The notes under the pieces: generated by a model | What the model was told of the DNA's origin: nothing | The model's input: only the letters and a program-made list of their open reading frames with translations | Databases searched by the model: none | NCBI RefSeq assembly: GCF_036321535.1 | Contig: NC_087439.1 | Coordinates: 67,890,001 to 67,954,000, forward strand | Direction of reading: 5' to 3' | From: Camelus dromedarius | Lineage: Eukaryota | Length of the DNA stretch: 64,000 bases | Program-made: the position numbers and the translations under genes | Shown here: one piece after another, positions 21,782-35,344 of the stretch | How the letters are laid out: each line of letters starts with the position of its first letter | Position numbering within the stretch: the stretch's first letter is position 1

Positions 21782-24700
21782 AGAGGAAGAAGATGCCCTT
21801 CTCCGCTGCCTCTGTCGCATGGGTTATTTAAATATTTGGGCCCAAATCTCCCTACTCACGAAGTTTTTGTTTCCACTGGAGTGGCCCTTGAAGCAACATA
21901 CTTTTCACATCCACATTTCAAGCCCTTAAGCCAGATCATCTTTAGGAGAGAAATTAGGGGAGGCCAGTGGGCTTGCTCTACATATTAGAGTAAGAGCAGC
22001 AATTGAGGGTTTGGGAGGGGGCGGTGTAGAAAGAAGCGTGTGTGAGATACAGAGAGAGGGAGAGGGAGAGAGAGACTGATTCTCTTGAAAAGAGGAACAG
22101 AGTCCTCTTTCTCAATTACTCAGCTGCTTGCTCCAGAAATGTAAGTTATTTCAATCCTTAAGGAAGGCTTGCTGATTGCCAGCAGGGAAAACAATGTCAC
22201 CCCTTATTTATTGCTGACCTCAACACTAGCCCCTATTGTACCAGAGCCAACTCAGTGCCCCCGTCTCCCTCCAAGATCCAAGGTGCCTCAGGGGAGGGGC
22301 AAAGGCGAGCTCGGGTCTCATTCATGTCCTGACTATATTAAAACGAGCAGCTCTGTAGTGGCCAGACAATTAACAATTGAGGTTTGTAGCTGGTGGATCA
22401 CAGCAGGGTTTGGGGATGTTAAAGGCCGCTCCAGCAGCAAGTTTGGAAAAAATGTGGCAGTGCATTGACATGTGGAAGACTTCTGGTTCCTTTGCGGGGG
22501 GGGGGGGGGGCAGGGGAGCGGGTGGCCTTGTTTCTCTCCTCAGCTCTTGTGTCCGCTTTCTTGGGGCTCACGGAGGCACCTTATTAAATGCTGCACACAT
22601 TCACCTCCTGGTACAGGGTTGGACCACAGAGGGAACTCGTAAAAGGATTACAGCCAGCACATCTCCTAATGCCTCTAGGTGGAATCACACTGAAAGGACC
22701 CCCATGTGCTGTAACCCAGCTACCACTTGCCAGGGAGGGCCCTGGGACAGTCCTGCAGCCCAGACCACGGGCCCAAGAAGCTCCACAGAGTCAGAAGTTT
22801 CTCGAGTTAACACGATGAACGTAAAAGCTGCACAATTATAACTGATTGCACGATATGGTCTGATTTTAAAATTTGGAAAGGGAGCAGGATTTATAATAGG
22901 CCCTCCAAGCATGAAGCAGAAAACACAGAAATACTAGATAAACCAGGTGTTTACTGGCAGGAAGTGTCCTCTGGGGATCCCACTGAAATATAACTATGTG
23001 ATGTCAATACACTGATCTTCGCCCGCAGCGATGTCTTTATCCGCGGCTCCTGCAGCCGCCCCTCTGTGAGTCTCTTTATTGATGACGGCTTTCTGGAAAG
23101 CAGCAAAGGTCTGACTTGGAAAAGGTGCCATGCAAATAAGCGGGGGAGGGGGACTGCAACTTTCTTTAGCATCAGACGGGAAGTGCCAATATCCCTGCCC
23201 ACCGGGCAGGCCATCACCTCACCACCACCCTTCGCCCCAGCACTGTGCCTTGGCCAGGTGGGAACCCGGGACCCCTGGGATGAGAGCTAATCTTTTCAGA
23301 ATTCTTTGGAGGCTCTCTAATGCTGAATCCCAGAGGCGCTGCACTGCATCATGGGGGCAGGGCGGTCCAGGGGCAGCCAGGCCCGGAGGAGGAGTGGAGA
23401 CGACCCCTCCCCCGAGTTTGTTTACCACGGAGCCACCAGTTTTGTTTACCGTCAGGACTCCAGCTCCTGAGGGCCTCCTCAGTGATCCAGGATGAGGCCC
23501 TTTAGCAAAGCCAAGCCAGCTGGCAGGTCTTCAGGGGGCCGGGAGGAATTTTGAAAAGGTTAGTGTTTATAGCTGCTGGGCCACTTTGCCAGAGGAAATT
23601 AACTCTATTCACAAGTTGCTTCCAGAGCTAGAGGAGGCATCCGACATCCCCTCCTAGAGTTGGCTCTATTGTCATTCTCTCCCAAGGCGAGGGGAATCCC
23701 CACCCCCTCGGAGCAGGGAATTTATAGCGGAATCTTTCTTTAGTCCCTCTCACCCATGGGGGGACAGGTGCTTCCACAATGGACACTTTGAAAGCCCAAG
23801 AGAGGCCTGGAAAATGTGAAATTCTGAAGTACCCACAGTTTCCAAGGTTCTGTGGTTCTGGAATTGACTGGAGAGAATTTTTCAATTGGACGTCCTTAAA
23901 GGTAAAAAGGAGAAAAAAGTGTGTAACTATTTCTGATAAATGGCTAAACATGGGTGTATCTTGTGGCTTATTTTGAATCAGATAGAAAAACAGTTTGATC
24001 CTTTTTATGCAGAAAAATCAAGCCCGTCCATTACAATCACACTTCCGTCTCTAATTGTACCATCTCATTCTTTGTACAGTGTCACAAAGCAGTCAGCTGA
24101 GTATCAAACGTGGAGAAGAGATCTCAGAAAAGGGTGGCCAAGCCTGGGACAAGAGCGGAGTCTTGCAGATATCTACCTAATCCAAGATGCTTTTCTGCAA
24201 TGTGTTAAAAGGATTAAAGGTTAAAAAAATTAGCTCAGTCAACAAATACTCGAGTTAGTGCAACACTGAGATTGCCCATAGAAGCTGGGGGATTTCAGCC
24301 GCAGTGAATGATTTCATACCAAAGGACTCTGGTATGAAAAATGCCCACTCTGTGGTTTTCCACTGTAAATTTTACACCAACTCCACAAGCGGAAGAAGAA
24401 TCTGCATGCATAAGGCTATTGAAAACATGGTAGATTTATCCCGAGTTGAGCTGTGTCTGACCACAAAAGGTGAATCCAGTCCTTCAATATGGGAAGTGAG
24501 AGTAGGGGGCCCTGCAGAGTTTCTCCATCTGTAAATGACCCCAGAGATTTCTGTTTCCAAAATGTCACTGGGCACCAGGAAAGAAAACTTGATCTGGAAA
24601 CTTGGTCCAAAGACAATCAGAAAACAAACACACATACCAAATCCCCACATTTTTCAGTGATTCAGTTTCCAATGTTACTTTAAAAATTATTTTTAAATTC

Positions 24701-27553
24701 CTTTCTCTGTTCTGCTCATGATTTGGTGATTTGAGATTACTTAAGTCAGCGAGTTGTTTGGTTTGCCCTTTTAAATGTGGACAGTCTGGTCATACATAAA
24801 ATCTTTTATAAACCACTTCACTCAGGGCAGACGTGAACCTCCCTCTCCAGCCACTTGCCCCCATCTGTACCGAATTGTGGGTTTATTTCTGATGGTATAA
24901 TCATGCAGCAGAGCCCTGCCTGGGCGATGTGCTGTCGAAGGCTTCCAGAGCCCTCTGTACGGTTGCAGATCTGCATTTACAGTTCCCCCTTCTTTCTCTT
25001 TATGAATCTGACTAGCAAACATAGCTGTGTTTGTTTGCATTTCTTCAGCATGCTCATGTGTCTCTTTAATGTTCTGTGGATGATGTAACTTTGTGTATTT
25101 TTCTCTTAGGACTCCACCAGTAGAGATGCGGGTGCGGGACATGGCACCAGGAAGAAGGCTCATTTCCCTAAACACCTTTGTTTTGAATTCTGCCCGCGTG
25201 TGTCTGTGCTTTACTGAGGGGTGACTTTCATGTGAGAGTTGCTCTTTCTAAGGGGCATAATGGCAGGTGTGAATGGCGGCTCCGAGGCCACTAGGCTCTC
25301 CCTTTCTTACGTTCCCCAGAAGAAGGGCTGTTGCTGACGGAGCTGTGCTTATCTCCTACTGCAGGAATCTCTTTCTTCCTTGTAGGTAATCCCAGTCCTT
25401 AACGTAGACTGCCCCGCTTCTCCGTGCCCACGCCACCTTCCCTGGCTGGCTCTGTTGTTCCTAGGCAGTCCACAGACTTGCTGCCTTATTCAAAATCCTC
25501 CATCAGCTTCTCCTCAAAACAGCAATGCTGAGTGATGATATCCTCTTCTGTGTTTTATCTTTTAATATCGACTCTTCAAATCTGCCTGATGGATAGAGTT
25601 AACAACCACTTTTTTTGATGTCGACTTCTGGAAAATGTGGCATCATCTTCTGTGAAATACTAAATTGGGAAGCATGAAACAGAGATGAGCTTGAATGGTC
25701 CTGTTCACCCCTGTTCTGACTTCCAGTGGTCAGCTCAGCGGAAGACCTTGATTGGAGCAATTCTCCCCTCGTGGTCAGCAGAGTGGAGCCGAGTGGTGGC
25801 TTCAGCACTGGGGACCTTGCTGTCTAGCAGACTTCCCAGATCCCCCACTGGCCAAGCCACTTGGTTGCTTCCTGAGTTTCATAACCATAGCATGTTCATC
25901 GTGCTTCACACTTACGTGTTCTGCCTCATCTTAGAGTTTTCCTTTCAACTGACATATCTACTTACACATATTCATCCAACAGCATCCGCTGTGCATCCGT
26001 TATGTGCTGCGGGTTTGCACACCTGTCTCCCCCACCAGAAAAGGGCAAGCACCCTGTCTTATTCCCTTCTCTCTTCTCCCCACCGCGCCCCACCGGAGGA
26101 TGGTACGGTGAGTGGTCCATCAGTGCTGGGGGCTGTAACAAGTCTGAATCTTGCACAGGACTCGAGGGAGGGTGGATCAGGCCATTCAAGAGCCTCACAC
26201 TTGCCCTGAGCCACTGGACACACAGATTGTCAGTCCCTGTGACCTTCTGTCGTCAGGAGCATGACCCATGGCAGGTGGACCTTCCTGGGACTTGTGCCCT
26301 GGGATGGTCCTGGCTCCTGCCCTGGTCCCACCCTTTCATTGGATTCTGCGATCTGGTTCTCAGGCAGACAAACTGGGCAAATATTTAGACAGAGTGAATA
26401 TAAAAAGCGCTTTCAGCAGCAACCACTTCCTTTCGAGAATTGTTTGGCGAAAAAGAAAATATATATGAATAGTTCCCCTCACGCTGAACTCAAGAGGCGC
26501 CGGACTTGGGCCTCTTGATGACAAGGCTGACAGCCTCCCCTTTCAGCAGACTCCGCCCACGAGTTGTAAAACTTAGGCTGCCAGAGAGGGAGACACACTT
26601 GTAGACTGTAGATGGGGCGAGAGCCCCTGAGGTGGGGGGACGGGCGGCGGGTGAGGGGAGAACTGGAGGATAAGCTTCACCTGGCCTCAAGATCATGAGC
26701 TCACATATCGGAGGGAAGGGCAGACTGCTTGGAGTGATTTAGTGGAGATGCTGAAGCAGCGTCTTGTGAATGAAAGTTGTCTCTACCCAGTTATGGATAC
26801 TCAGCACTGGCCCATATTCTCAAGGTCTAAAGTAGTCTAAGGCGGACCTACTGGAAAGCAAGCAGCCAACTTAAAAGAAATGTAATGTTCTCTGCCTCTT
26901 TTCCTGCTCTCTTTTCCAGGGTGTCAATTTCATCGGCTTTAGGAAGGGGATTCAATGGGTAGTCACGGCACAGAGGATCAGCAAGGGGAATTTCCAGGAG
27001 CTGTATCTGAATATAAAAGCTACTACATGACCCCACTGGTGGTGGTGGGATGGGGGTGAGGGTCATAGTAAGATTTTTAGAGACTCCAAGACTGAATAGA
27101 TTATGTCCTTCTGCCCCATGTAATTCCAAAGGCTATATTAAACCATGAAGTAATTAGGAGGAAGCGCAACCAAGTTTTGTTTTTACCATGAAGATTACTG
27201 TGATTTTTTTTAAATACACACAAAAGTCAAATTCTTTCCAAAGGGTTTTTCTATTTAATAGGTGCCCCTACTCTTTTGCTGCCACAAACACTCAAGCATT
27301 AACCCAGCAACTTGCCCTCTTATGTTGGCTGGTAACCTAAACTGGGTTCATCTCAGGCTGTCTCCAATTTCACTTGAACCCCTCTTTCCTCCCTCAACTT
27401 GCTTATCGGGTTGGATAAAACTAGAACCCTTACCACCTGTGTCCACCCACTGGGCTCCATTTGTGGGCACATAACTATGACGCAGGTCCCTCATCCAGTG
27501 CCCCACGGCCAGACACGGAGTCCCATCTTCTCTCCCCCCATGACCACACTGAC

Positions 27554-27735
27554 CTGTCTTGAATATCTCATAGCGCAGGGAGAAGCCTGCCCCCTGCCGG
27601 GCGTAGTCGGAGGTGAACTTGATGTAGAGGACAGAGCCGGAGGAGATAATAGTGGGTGGGGCGATGTTCCCACAGTGCTTTCCCAGGAGGTCTGCGGATT
27701 CGCTGTCCCCATCCCGAATCTCAATGAAGTCATAC
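27554..27735 (-). CDS. NRP2: NRP2 exon 3 (CUB1 C-half, YDFIEIRDGDSESADLLGKHCG...YEIFKT), 182 nt
   Basis: Acceptor cacctag|GTATGAC, donor ACAG|GTCAGT. Confidence 0.97.
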
Positions 27736-28129
27736 CTAGGTGGGGATGGCACAGAGGAGCACGTATGAGAAAAGGTCGCTTTCAGGAGATGAAAAGGACT
27801 AGTGTCTCCCTCCAGCTCAGGTGCTCTCCACTCACTTCTAGACATTCAGGTGTTCCAGATGGATAAACAAAGGGCACTTACATGTGCTTTTGGAGGCTGG
27901 CAAACATAGATATAGGAAGTTGCATTGCTTTATGAAAACCACAGAGAATGAGCACCCCAGTGGATGGCTAGATTTTAAGGCCTTATCTCTTGCACGTGTA
28001 AGAGCAGTAGCGTCATTCTATCAAATGTCTCAAAACAAACATTTTCTTTTCTTTGTTCGGTGGCACATGTTTATTTCCATTATGAGTTCTCTGAATCTTA
28101 GTCTTTTTTTTCTTAGCTCTGTGTCTCTG

Positions 28130-28260
28130 CTAGTCACTTAACCCCTTTGAGCATCAGTTTCTTCATCTGTAAGATGAGGATAAAAATAGCCACTGAGGTA
28201 GGTTGGGATGGAGATGGAATGAAAAAACATAGGGCAGATGCTAGGCACGGAGTCAGGCGC
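28130..28260 (+). mobile_element. MIR fragment
   Basis: cacttaacccctttgagcatcagtttcttcatctgtaagatgaggataa core. Confidence 0.6.
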
Positions 28261-29589
28261 ACGGGGGATGTTTCAGAGACACTTATTTTCCTGATCCCCC
28301 CCCATGTCTCAGGTTTCTCCTGGGTCATCCTCTTTTCTCTTCCCTTTAACTGTTAGTGACAAAGCTTCCCCAACTGTGAGCCACCTCCTTCCTGGATATG
28401 ACTCTGCAAAGTTCACATCAGCAGTGACTAGTCAACAACACATTTTTAAAAGGAATCAGCACCATATTAGATAAGGCAATAAAAATCTTTCTCCAAAAGC
28501 AGGGGGTGACTCCCTGGGGATCCCGCATCTATAAGCACATAACTATTAGCCTCAGCATGAGGCAGAGCGGGCTGCCTTCCCTGGGCTGAGGCCGGAGCTC
28601 CTTTCAGACTGCGTCAAACTGGCCTGGGTGGGGGATGACTCCTCAAAGACAGCCTTGGCTAGGTTCACGGGACGACGCACACACTGTGCCGTTTTATCTG
28701 TACAGATGCACATATTTGGCCTCTGACAATCTTCACCGTCCTCAGTCTGTGCTCCTTCTCTGGGCTCCCAGGGAATACTCCTGTCACAACTGTTAAGGTG
28801 GAAAATTTCTTCCCCACCAGATCCCTCAAACTGCTGGCCCCTGTACCATTATTTACTGAAAACCATCCATCTCCCTCTCCCTCCGTTTGTTTACTTTGCA
28901 TCAGCCTGTTAAAACAACCTGTACAAAATTGCTTCCTTTTGGGTAAAGAGAGGGACTAGAAAGGCTACCCTCCCTGGGATGCGCCTGCCACCTCCCACCA
29001 CACACACAGGGTCTGGGGCAGCTGGCGGGCTGCAGAAGTGGCTGTTGGAGCCCGAGTGGCTTGAGGCTCCGGGAGCCATATTTCAGATCACTCAACCACT
29101 TCCAAATAAATAGGTCTGCGAAGGAAGTCTAAGGAGTGAACCAGGATTCGTTCATTCTTAGGCCCCAGAGGGCTGGGCTCCTATAGGCCAAAGAATCACA
29201 GGAGGTGGTTAGAGTCTGGAGAAGACGAGATGGCCGCATCTCCCTCCGGAGCTCTTGAGAGATGACCACAGATTGAGAAAGGCCATGGGGGTGGGGGAAT
29301 CTGTTGAGGTCTGTGATTTCAGTGTAGGAGATGGTGCTGACTTTGGAAACAGTCACTTCTAAAATAACAGTGAAGAGACACTGAGTTTGTTCCCTAAGGA
29401 AATTCCCCTAAATCTTCTGGAAAACCCCTTCTTGTTATTTCCACACTGAGGTAAGCCCTGCTGGACAGTCATTCTCAGCTGAGTAATGGTGATGCCTTAC
29501 CCGTGTGCACAATGGTTGAGAAGCACCTGTATTCATGGAGCAGACGTTCCCCGGCTCACCAGGCCTGGTATCAGCATCCCCTACCCCTA

Positions 29590-29790
29590 TCCCAGAAGCA
29601 GACAGAACTCAGCTCAGATTTATTAGCTGGGTGCCCTCAGGCAAGTTATTCAATCTTTCAGAAATTGGAAAAATAAGAGCAAAACAGGGCTAGTCAAACC
29701 TTTCTTCTAGGGTTTTTGTGAAATGTAGATGACAGACATAATCTATATAAAGTGTCCCAGCTCACAGCCTGGCAGTTAGCGTGTGCTTCA
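29590..29790 (+). mobile_element. MIR fragment
   Basis: ttattagctgggtgccctcaggcaagttattcaatct...tttttgtgaaatgtagatga. Confidence 0.5.
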
Positions 29791-29929
29791 CGAGCGTTCA
29801 CTGTGGCCTGTATTCTCACACCCATTTCAGAGGTGAAGAGGCTGCACACTAGAGCAGAAACGACCTTCGCTAAGAGATAGAGTGAGCGAGTAGAGGTTCA
29901 GTGTAAGAGAGAATGTTTATCTGTTCAAT

Positions 29930-30530
29930 TATTTTGGAAGGCATTTTGGCAAAAATGTCACAAAAGTTAATATGTTAGGTACATATTAACACTTTACTCC
30001 AGCAAGGGTACCTACTCTTTAATCCAGCAATTCCACTGCTAGGAATTTTTCCTAGGAAAGTAATCAGACAATTGTGCAAAGATGTATATGGATCTGTGTG
30101 TGTGTGTGTGGGTGTGGGGGTGTGTGTGTGTAGTGAAAAGATGCTTTGTTTATAAACAGCATCATGTCTAAATGTCCAACAACAGCAGTGGGTAAGTCAA
30201 TTTGGGATATTTATAAAATGGAATACTCCACTGCTCTAGTAACTGGTGCTGTAACTCTAGTTTTCTTTTTGCCTTTAAGGAAAAATGTCCATGCTATTTA
30301 TTAAGTTGAAAAAAGTAGATGTTTTAAAAAGCATGCTTTAAAATATATACATATTCCTTGCATATACATACAGAAAAAGTCTGAAAGACGATACACTAAA
30401 ATATTAACAGTGGTGAGATATGTGGATGGTGGGCTAATTGGTAATTTTTACTTCCTTCTTTGTTCTCGCCCATTATCTGAATTGCTCACCATGAGCCTGC
30501 ATTTCTTTAAAGTATATAAAATGAAGACAT
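29930..30530 (+). mobile_element. Ancient L1 (L1ME-like) 3' fragment
   Basis: Diagnostic L1 3' motifs: ccagcaattccactgctaggaat, aaatgtccaacaac, aaaatggaatact, actaaaatattaacagtgg. Boundaries approximate. Confidence 0.65.
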
Positions 30531-32399
30531 TTCCCTTCAGAATTTTGTCAAAGTAGAAGAGCTGAGGAAAATAATCCAGCTCTCATAATTTTGCAGATGA
30601 AAGATACCATCACCATCATCATCATCATGACCACAATCATCAGCCATCTCACAGAAGCACAGTGAGGGCTAAATAAAGCGCATCAGAGCACCTGGAACAG
30701 TGCCGGGGCCATCGCCCACACTCAATAAATGCTTGAAAAGCATTTTTTTAAAGACCACTAGATAGCTCCAGTCTTCGTGTTGCCAATTTCTACAGGAAGG
30801 ACAAAGAGGGGCCCTGACATCCCACTGGCTTGTTCATCAGAAGTGGAGGGTTTTACCTGGCTGCCTAATCACCCATAGAGTAATTAAGGGGATTAACAGA
30901 ATCAGCCACGAAGCAAGGCAACCCAGCGTATGTCAGAGCTATAAACTTTCTCCAATGTCCTCAACGGGGATACCACCCAAATCCTCTCGAGTAATGTGGC
31001 CAGCTACAAATACATCCTTACACATCTACACACACAGCTAATGAAGGGAATGTACGTTCGGAAAAGGTTTGTATCAATCAATCAATCATACATTTTCTCT
31101 CCGAGCTTGCTATTTAAAGGACTCCACTGGTGAATACTTTTGTGAAGCCAATAATCAGCCCTGACTTGAATTTCTTAGGAAAACTGGATTTTCCTAACAG
31201 GTTTGCTTGAAGAGAAAGCGACCCAGGGTGACAATTTGGTGGCTAAAATCCCCCTTCCCTTCAGGATCTGGGTTCTCCCCATGGACAAGCCCCAGTTAAC
31301 CACCAGGTCCTCCGGCTGGGCTTTTTGTATAAAGGGCACACGCCAAATGACATGCTGACTCCACAGAGAATGTCTCATTTACCTCCTGTGTGACTGACTC
31401 ATTTGGGGAAATTTTTTTATTATTAGGGATTTGCTACAGCTGGAGTCAATCTCCTTAGAAATTTCCGTGTTGTCAGGTTCATTTGTGTAGAGCTAGCAGA
31501 GGCTTAGGAATAAATATGGCTTTGCATCTAGCATCCAATATCTAGCATTTGTTTGGTAGAGGAGTCTGGGGTACAGCCTCAGAGCTCACCCCAGCGACAG
31601 TCAAGGAGGATAACTCGAAAAGCCATCCCTCTTACTCATTTTCCGGAAGGAAACATAAACCAGCTAACAGACGTATTAACTATTGTGTTTGCATTTCATT
31701 ATTCCTAATCTCCCTCAGATGAAAAAATTCCTTTCAAAGCTTTAACACTACCTTTTCTTATTTTATTTATTTATTTACTTTCCGAAGCTGAAGTCGCCAT
31801 CTCTATCCCAGTTCCTTTTTTTTTTTTTCCTTTCTACAATGGTGCCTTTTTATTTTTCTCCTGATAGACTCCAACATCTGCATGTGGAACATTTGTCTAG
31901 AGAACACTTTCTGTACTTTCTCGCCTTCAAAGTCTTAATTTCTCTCCCCAAACCCTCGTTTAGGGGCATGGGAATCTTGACGGTGGAATTAATTCTAAGA
32001 GTCGGCAGGAGAGGTATGAAAAACAAGTCTCATCTCTTCTCACCACTAGGCAAACGTGAAAAGAGGCTTTCTACTTTCCCTAACTGCATCCAAGCTTGAC
32101 ACTGCCCCGCAAGGCCACCAGAGGCTGGTTAGCCAGCCGAGCCTGCACTGGAAGATTCACCACGTGGAGGCCCTTCTCCCACGGCCGGTGACGTCTAACC
32201 CCTTCCAGAGTCCACCTTTAGGGACGCCACCTAGAACTGCTCGTGAGGGGACTTCTATCTCCTAGGGAGAGTATGTACTTGGCTGCTCTGAGGAAGAATG
32301 CTGTGCCCATTCTATGGGATTTGTCTAGAACGTCCGAGCACCTGTGCTGCCCAAGTCCTGAAGCCACAACCTTTGCCAACCCGGCAATGCCTCTTTTCA

Positions 32400-32835
32400 C
32401 GCTCCTTGCATCATAAAATGTTTAAGCCATCACATTTTATACGTGGCAAGCTCTTTCCAGCCCCTGGGCCTTTGCACTTGCTCTTCCCTCTGCCTGAAAC
32501 ACATTGTTAGCTTTTGCTATGGCTGGGACCTTCTTATGCTTGTAAGTGCAAATGTCACCTCCTCGGAGAAGCCTGCCCTGAGCCCCCTACTTCAGTTAGC
32601 ATTCCCTTATTCTCTACCTCACCACCCTCTCATCGCCTGTCTAGCTATTACCACAATCTGTAAAGGGCTTGTCAATAAACCTGATTATTTGTTTAGGATC
32701 TCTGTCCTGCACTAGACAGTAGCCACCATGAGAATGAGAACCCCATCTTTTAACGGATGAGTTTATAACACCTACATGGTGCCCAGCACACAAGACAGCT
32801 CACTAACTGTTTGTTGAGAAGATAAATGAATGAAG
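32400..32835 (+). mobile_element. L2 3' fragment
   Basis: gcctttgcacttgctcttccctctgcctg, aaatgtcacctcctcggagaagcct, ends in tgttgagaagataaatgaatgaa. Confidence 0.65.
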
Positions 32836-33544
32836 GCCCTGAGGTTGGTGTTATATATTGAGAAGAAGGAACTCTGCTTTCTGAGGGGTTTGATACGTTT
32901 GGTCCATTTTATTGTCTGCCTTTGTGCTCCAGCAAGCTCACTGAGCTATTCTGGTTGTATCTGGAAACCAAAATGTTGCCTCATGACTCAAAAACACGAA
33001 ATATACCATTTTGAGTGGAAGAANNNNNNNNNNNNNNNNNNNNNNNNNNNNNNNNNNNNNNNNNNNNNNNNNNNNNNNNNNNNNNNNNNNNNNNNNNNNN
33101 NNNNNNNNNNNNNNNNNNNNNNNNNNNNNNNNNNNNNNNNNNNNNNNNNNNNNNNNNNNNNNNNNNNNNNNNNNNNNNNNNNNNNNNNNNNNNNNNNNNN
33201 NNNNNNNNNNNNNNNNNNNNNNNNNNNNNNNNNNNNNNNNNNNNNNNNNNNNNNNNNNNCAGGAGGAGAAAACAACACTGTCATGTATGACTGCCCAACA
33301 AAGAAGCTGCCTGAGACCCCAAGAGGCTGTGAGGCAGGTCTGCACAATGCTGAAGTCTCTGGACAGTTCAGGCCCAAAGCAAGGTGGCCTGGTCTGTGGC
33401 TCAGTAGGGACATTCAGCTTTTATGGAGAAATCAGCTTGCTGTCAGTTCAGGTTTTTTAAGAAGTCAATTTCATTTCCTTGAATCTCTCCCTTTCATTGG
33501 TATCACGCGTTTAGTAAGAAGCTGGGACATCAGTGGGAAAAGCT

Positions 33545-33755
33545 CTCATTTACTGAGCACTCACAGTGGGCTGGACCCTCGCTTCGTTTAGATACTATTT
33601 CATTTAACCCTCACTTGATACACACCAGACACTGATACGACTCCTGTCCACGTGCAGATGTAGAGACTGAGGCTCAGGGAGCCAGGTGACCTGCTCAAAG
33701 TCACAGGATGCGGAAAGCTCAGAGGCAGGATTTACTCCAGGGCCCACTGACCTCA
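33545..33755 (-). mobile_element. MIR SINE
   Basis: catttactgagcact...catttaaccctcac...cagatgtagagactgaggctcagg...caaagtcacag. Confidence 0.6.
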
Positions 33756-34384
33756 CATCTGTCCTTTGGCTGCATCGTTGAATGACTATTGGAGAGCAGC
33801 GGGAAGGTCAGATTGTCAGAATACGATCACACTAGAAGGTGCGAGGTGCAAAGAATCCACTCTGTCTCAGAGATGTCACAGAATCTTGCTCTTTTTATCA
33901 TGCTGCTTTGTTTAAACAAAGCCTATAAGACTTGCCAAATTTAATAGACAAATCACCGGCAGAAGCAGTGAGTAGATTTGGAATTCATGGTGTCGAGACT
34001 CACCCAGTAGAAATCTAGCTTGTAAGTGTTCAGATGGGATAACATGCTAATTTTTGTAAGTGGAGTATTTTTAAGAGCACATACATACCCACATGCGAAC
34101 ATATGGCCCATCGAGTGAGAAAACAGTATCCGGTGTATTTATACACTCTTAAAGTATCAGCTAGAGCACATATTTTAAGCCCATGGATTTCCAGTAGGGT
34201 CCACAGATAAGTTTCAGTAGTTTGGGGAACCCCTATAATCCTATGAGGGAATTTTGTGTGTTTGCGTGTACACACATTTTCCTAGGGAAGGGGTCTGTGA
34301 TCAAACAAAAAAATTTTATCACTGTTACATAGAAACGTATCTGTCAATAAGGGTGTGTGTTCTCTGGGAAATGCAGTGCGTGGG

Positions 34385-34570
34385 TTTTATGGACAGATCC
34401 AGCTAGTATCTGGCACTTACTAGTGATATGATTTCAGACAAGGCATTTATCTTCTCTGAGTTTCTTCATCTCTAAAACGTTAGTAATAAGTCCCACCTTT
34501 TGGGACTGTTGCAAGGGATTATGAAGTTAGATAGAAGCCCGGCGCTGCACTGGGTGCCGTAGGAAGTGCC
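34385..34570 (+). mobile_element. MIR SINE
   Basis: cacttactagtgatatgatttcagacaaggcatttatcttctctgagtttcttcatctctaaaa. Confidence 0.55.
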
Positions 34571-35344
34571 TGGGAGGCACCAGCTATTTTATCATCGCCT
34601 GTGTAATGGAAAGTCAAATTTAGAGACAGTCTCCAGGCCCCGTAACCTCGGTGACAATGGAGGGTCGTTTCTAAAAATCCTCCTCCCGTCCAAACTCATC
34701 AGCAGCGCTTCCTCACTTGAATTTTTGAGAATTCATTTCAATCTCATGTTTCTGAGCCCAGGCTCTGGAACCAGCCAGCCAGGCTGGGTTCAAAACCACC
34801 CCCACCCCACTCTGCATTTGTTGGCTCTGGAACACCTAGGTACTCAACCTCCTTGGATCTGGCGAGTTAATGCTTGTCAACAGCTCAGCAGAGGGCCCGG
34901 CGCGTAGTAAATGCTCGGTAAACAGAGGGTAGCTGTTACTGCTGCTGCTATTATTATTTGTTGCCGTTGCTAACTTCACATCATTATTATGTACTATCTA
35001 ACTTATTATTATTATTTATTATTTAACTCCAAGGACTCACACAGTGCCAAGACTGCATCTGTCTGTGTTTTGCATTGGTGGCGGATGCCTTTTTAGTAGT
35101 GGCTATTGGCACTTTCATTTTCTTCCTTTATTTCTTCCCACCCCAGATCTAGGATATTTTGAGCTTACTTTCAATCCCCTCAACAGCCAGGGTCACCAGG
35201 GATCTTTAGAAGGGAGGAAATCTGACCACCCAGCAAAGGAAGTATGTGAAGAGAACAACCCAAAACAAACTGAAGGAATTATTCCAAAAAACCTTGAAGG
35301 CAAGAAAATGGAAACTACGAATAACATCTATTTATAATTGCTGG

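Noticed and set aside
21766-21785. Resemblance of ctgtcttatatacag to the Nextera/Tn5 mosaic end CTGTCTCTTATACACATCT
   Set aside because: It has several mismatches and is better explained as a copy of the native acceptor next to it. A raw-read check is still advisable.
27399-27866. 155-aa plus-strand ORF overlapping exon 3
   Set aside because: Antisense shadow of a coding exon; no recognisable protein.
34160-34325. Possible hAT/MER DNA-transposon remnant
   Set aside because: Only a vague resemblance; I could not identify terminal inverted repeats or a TSD.
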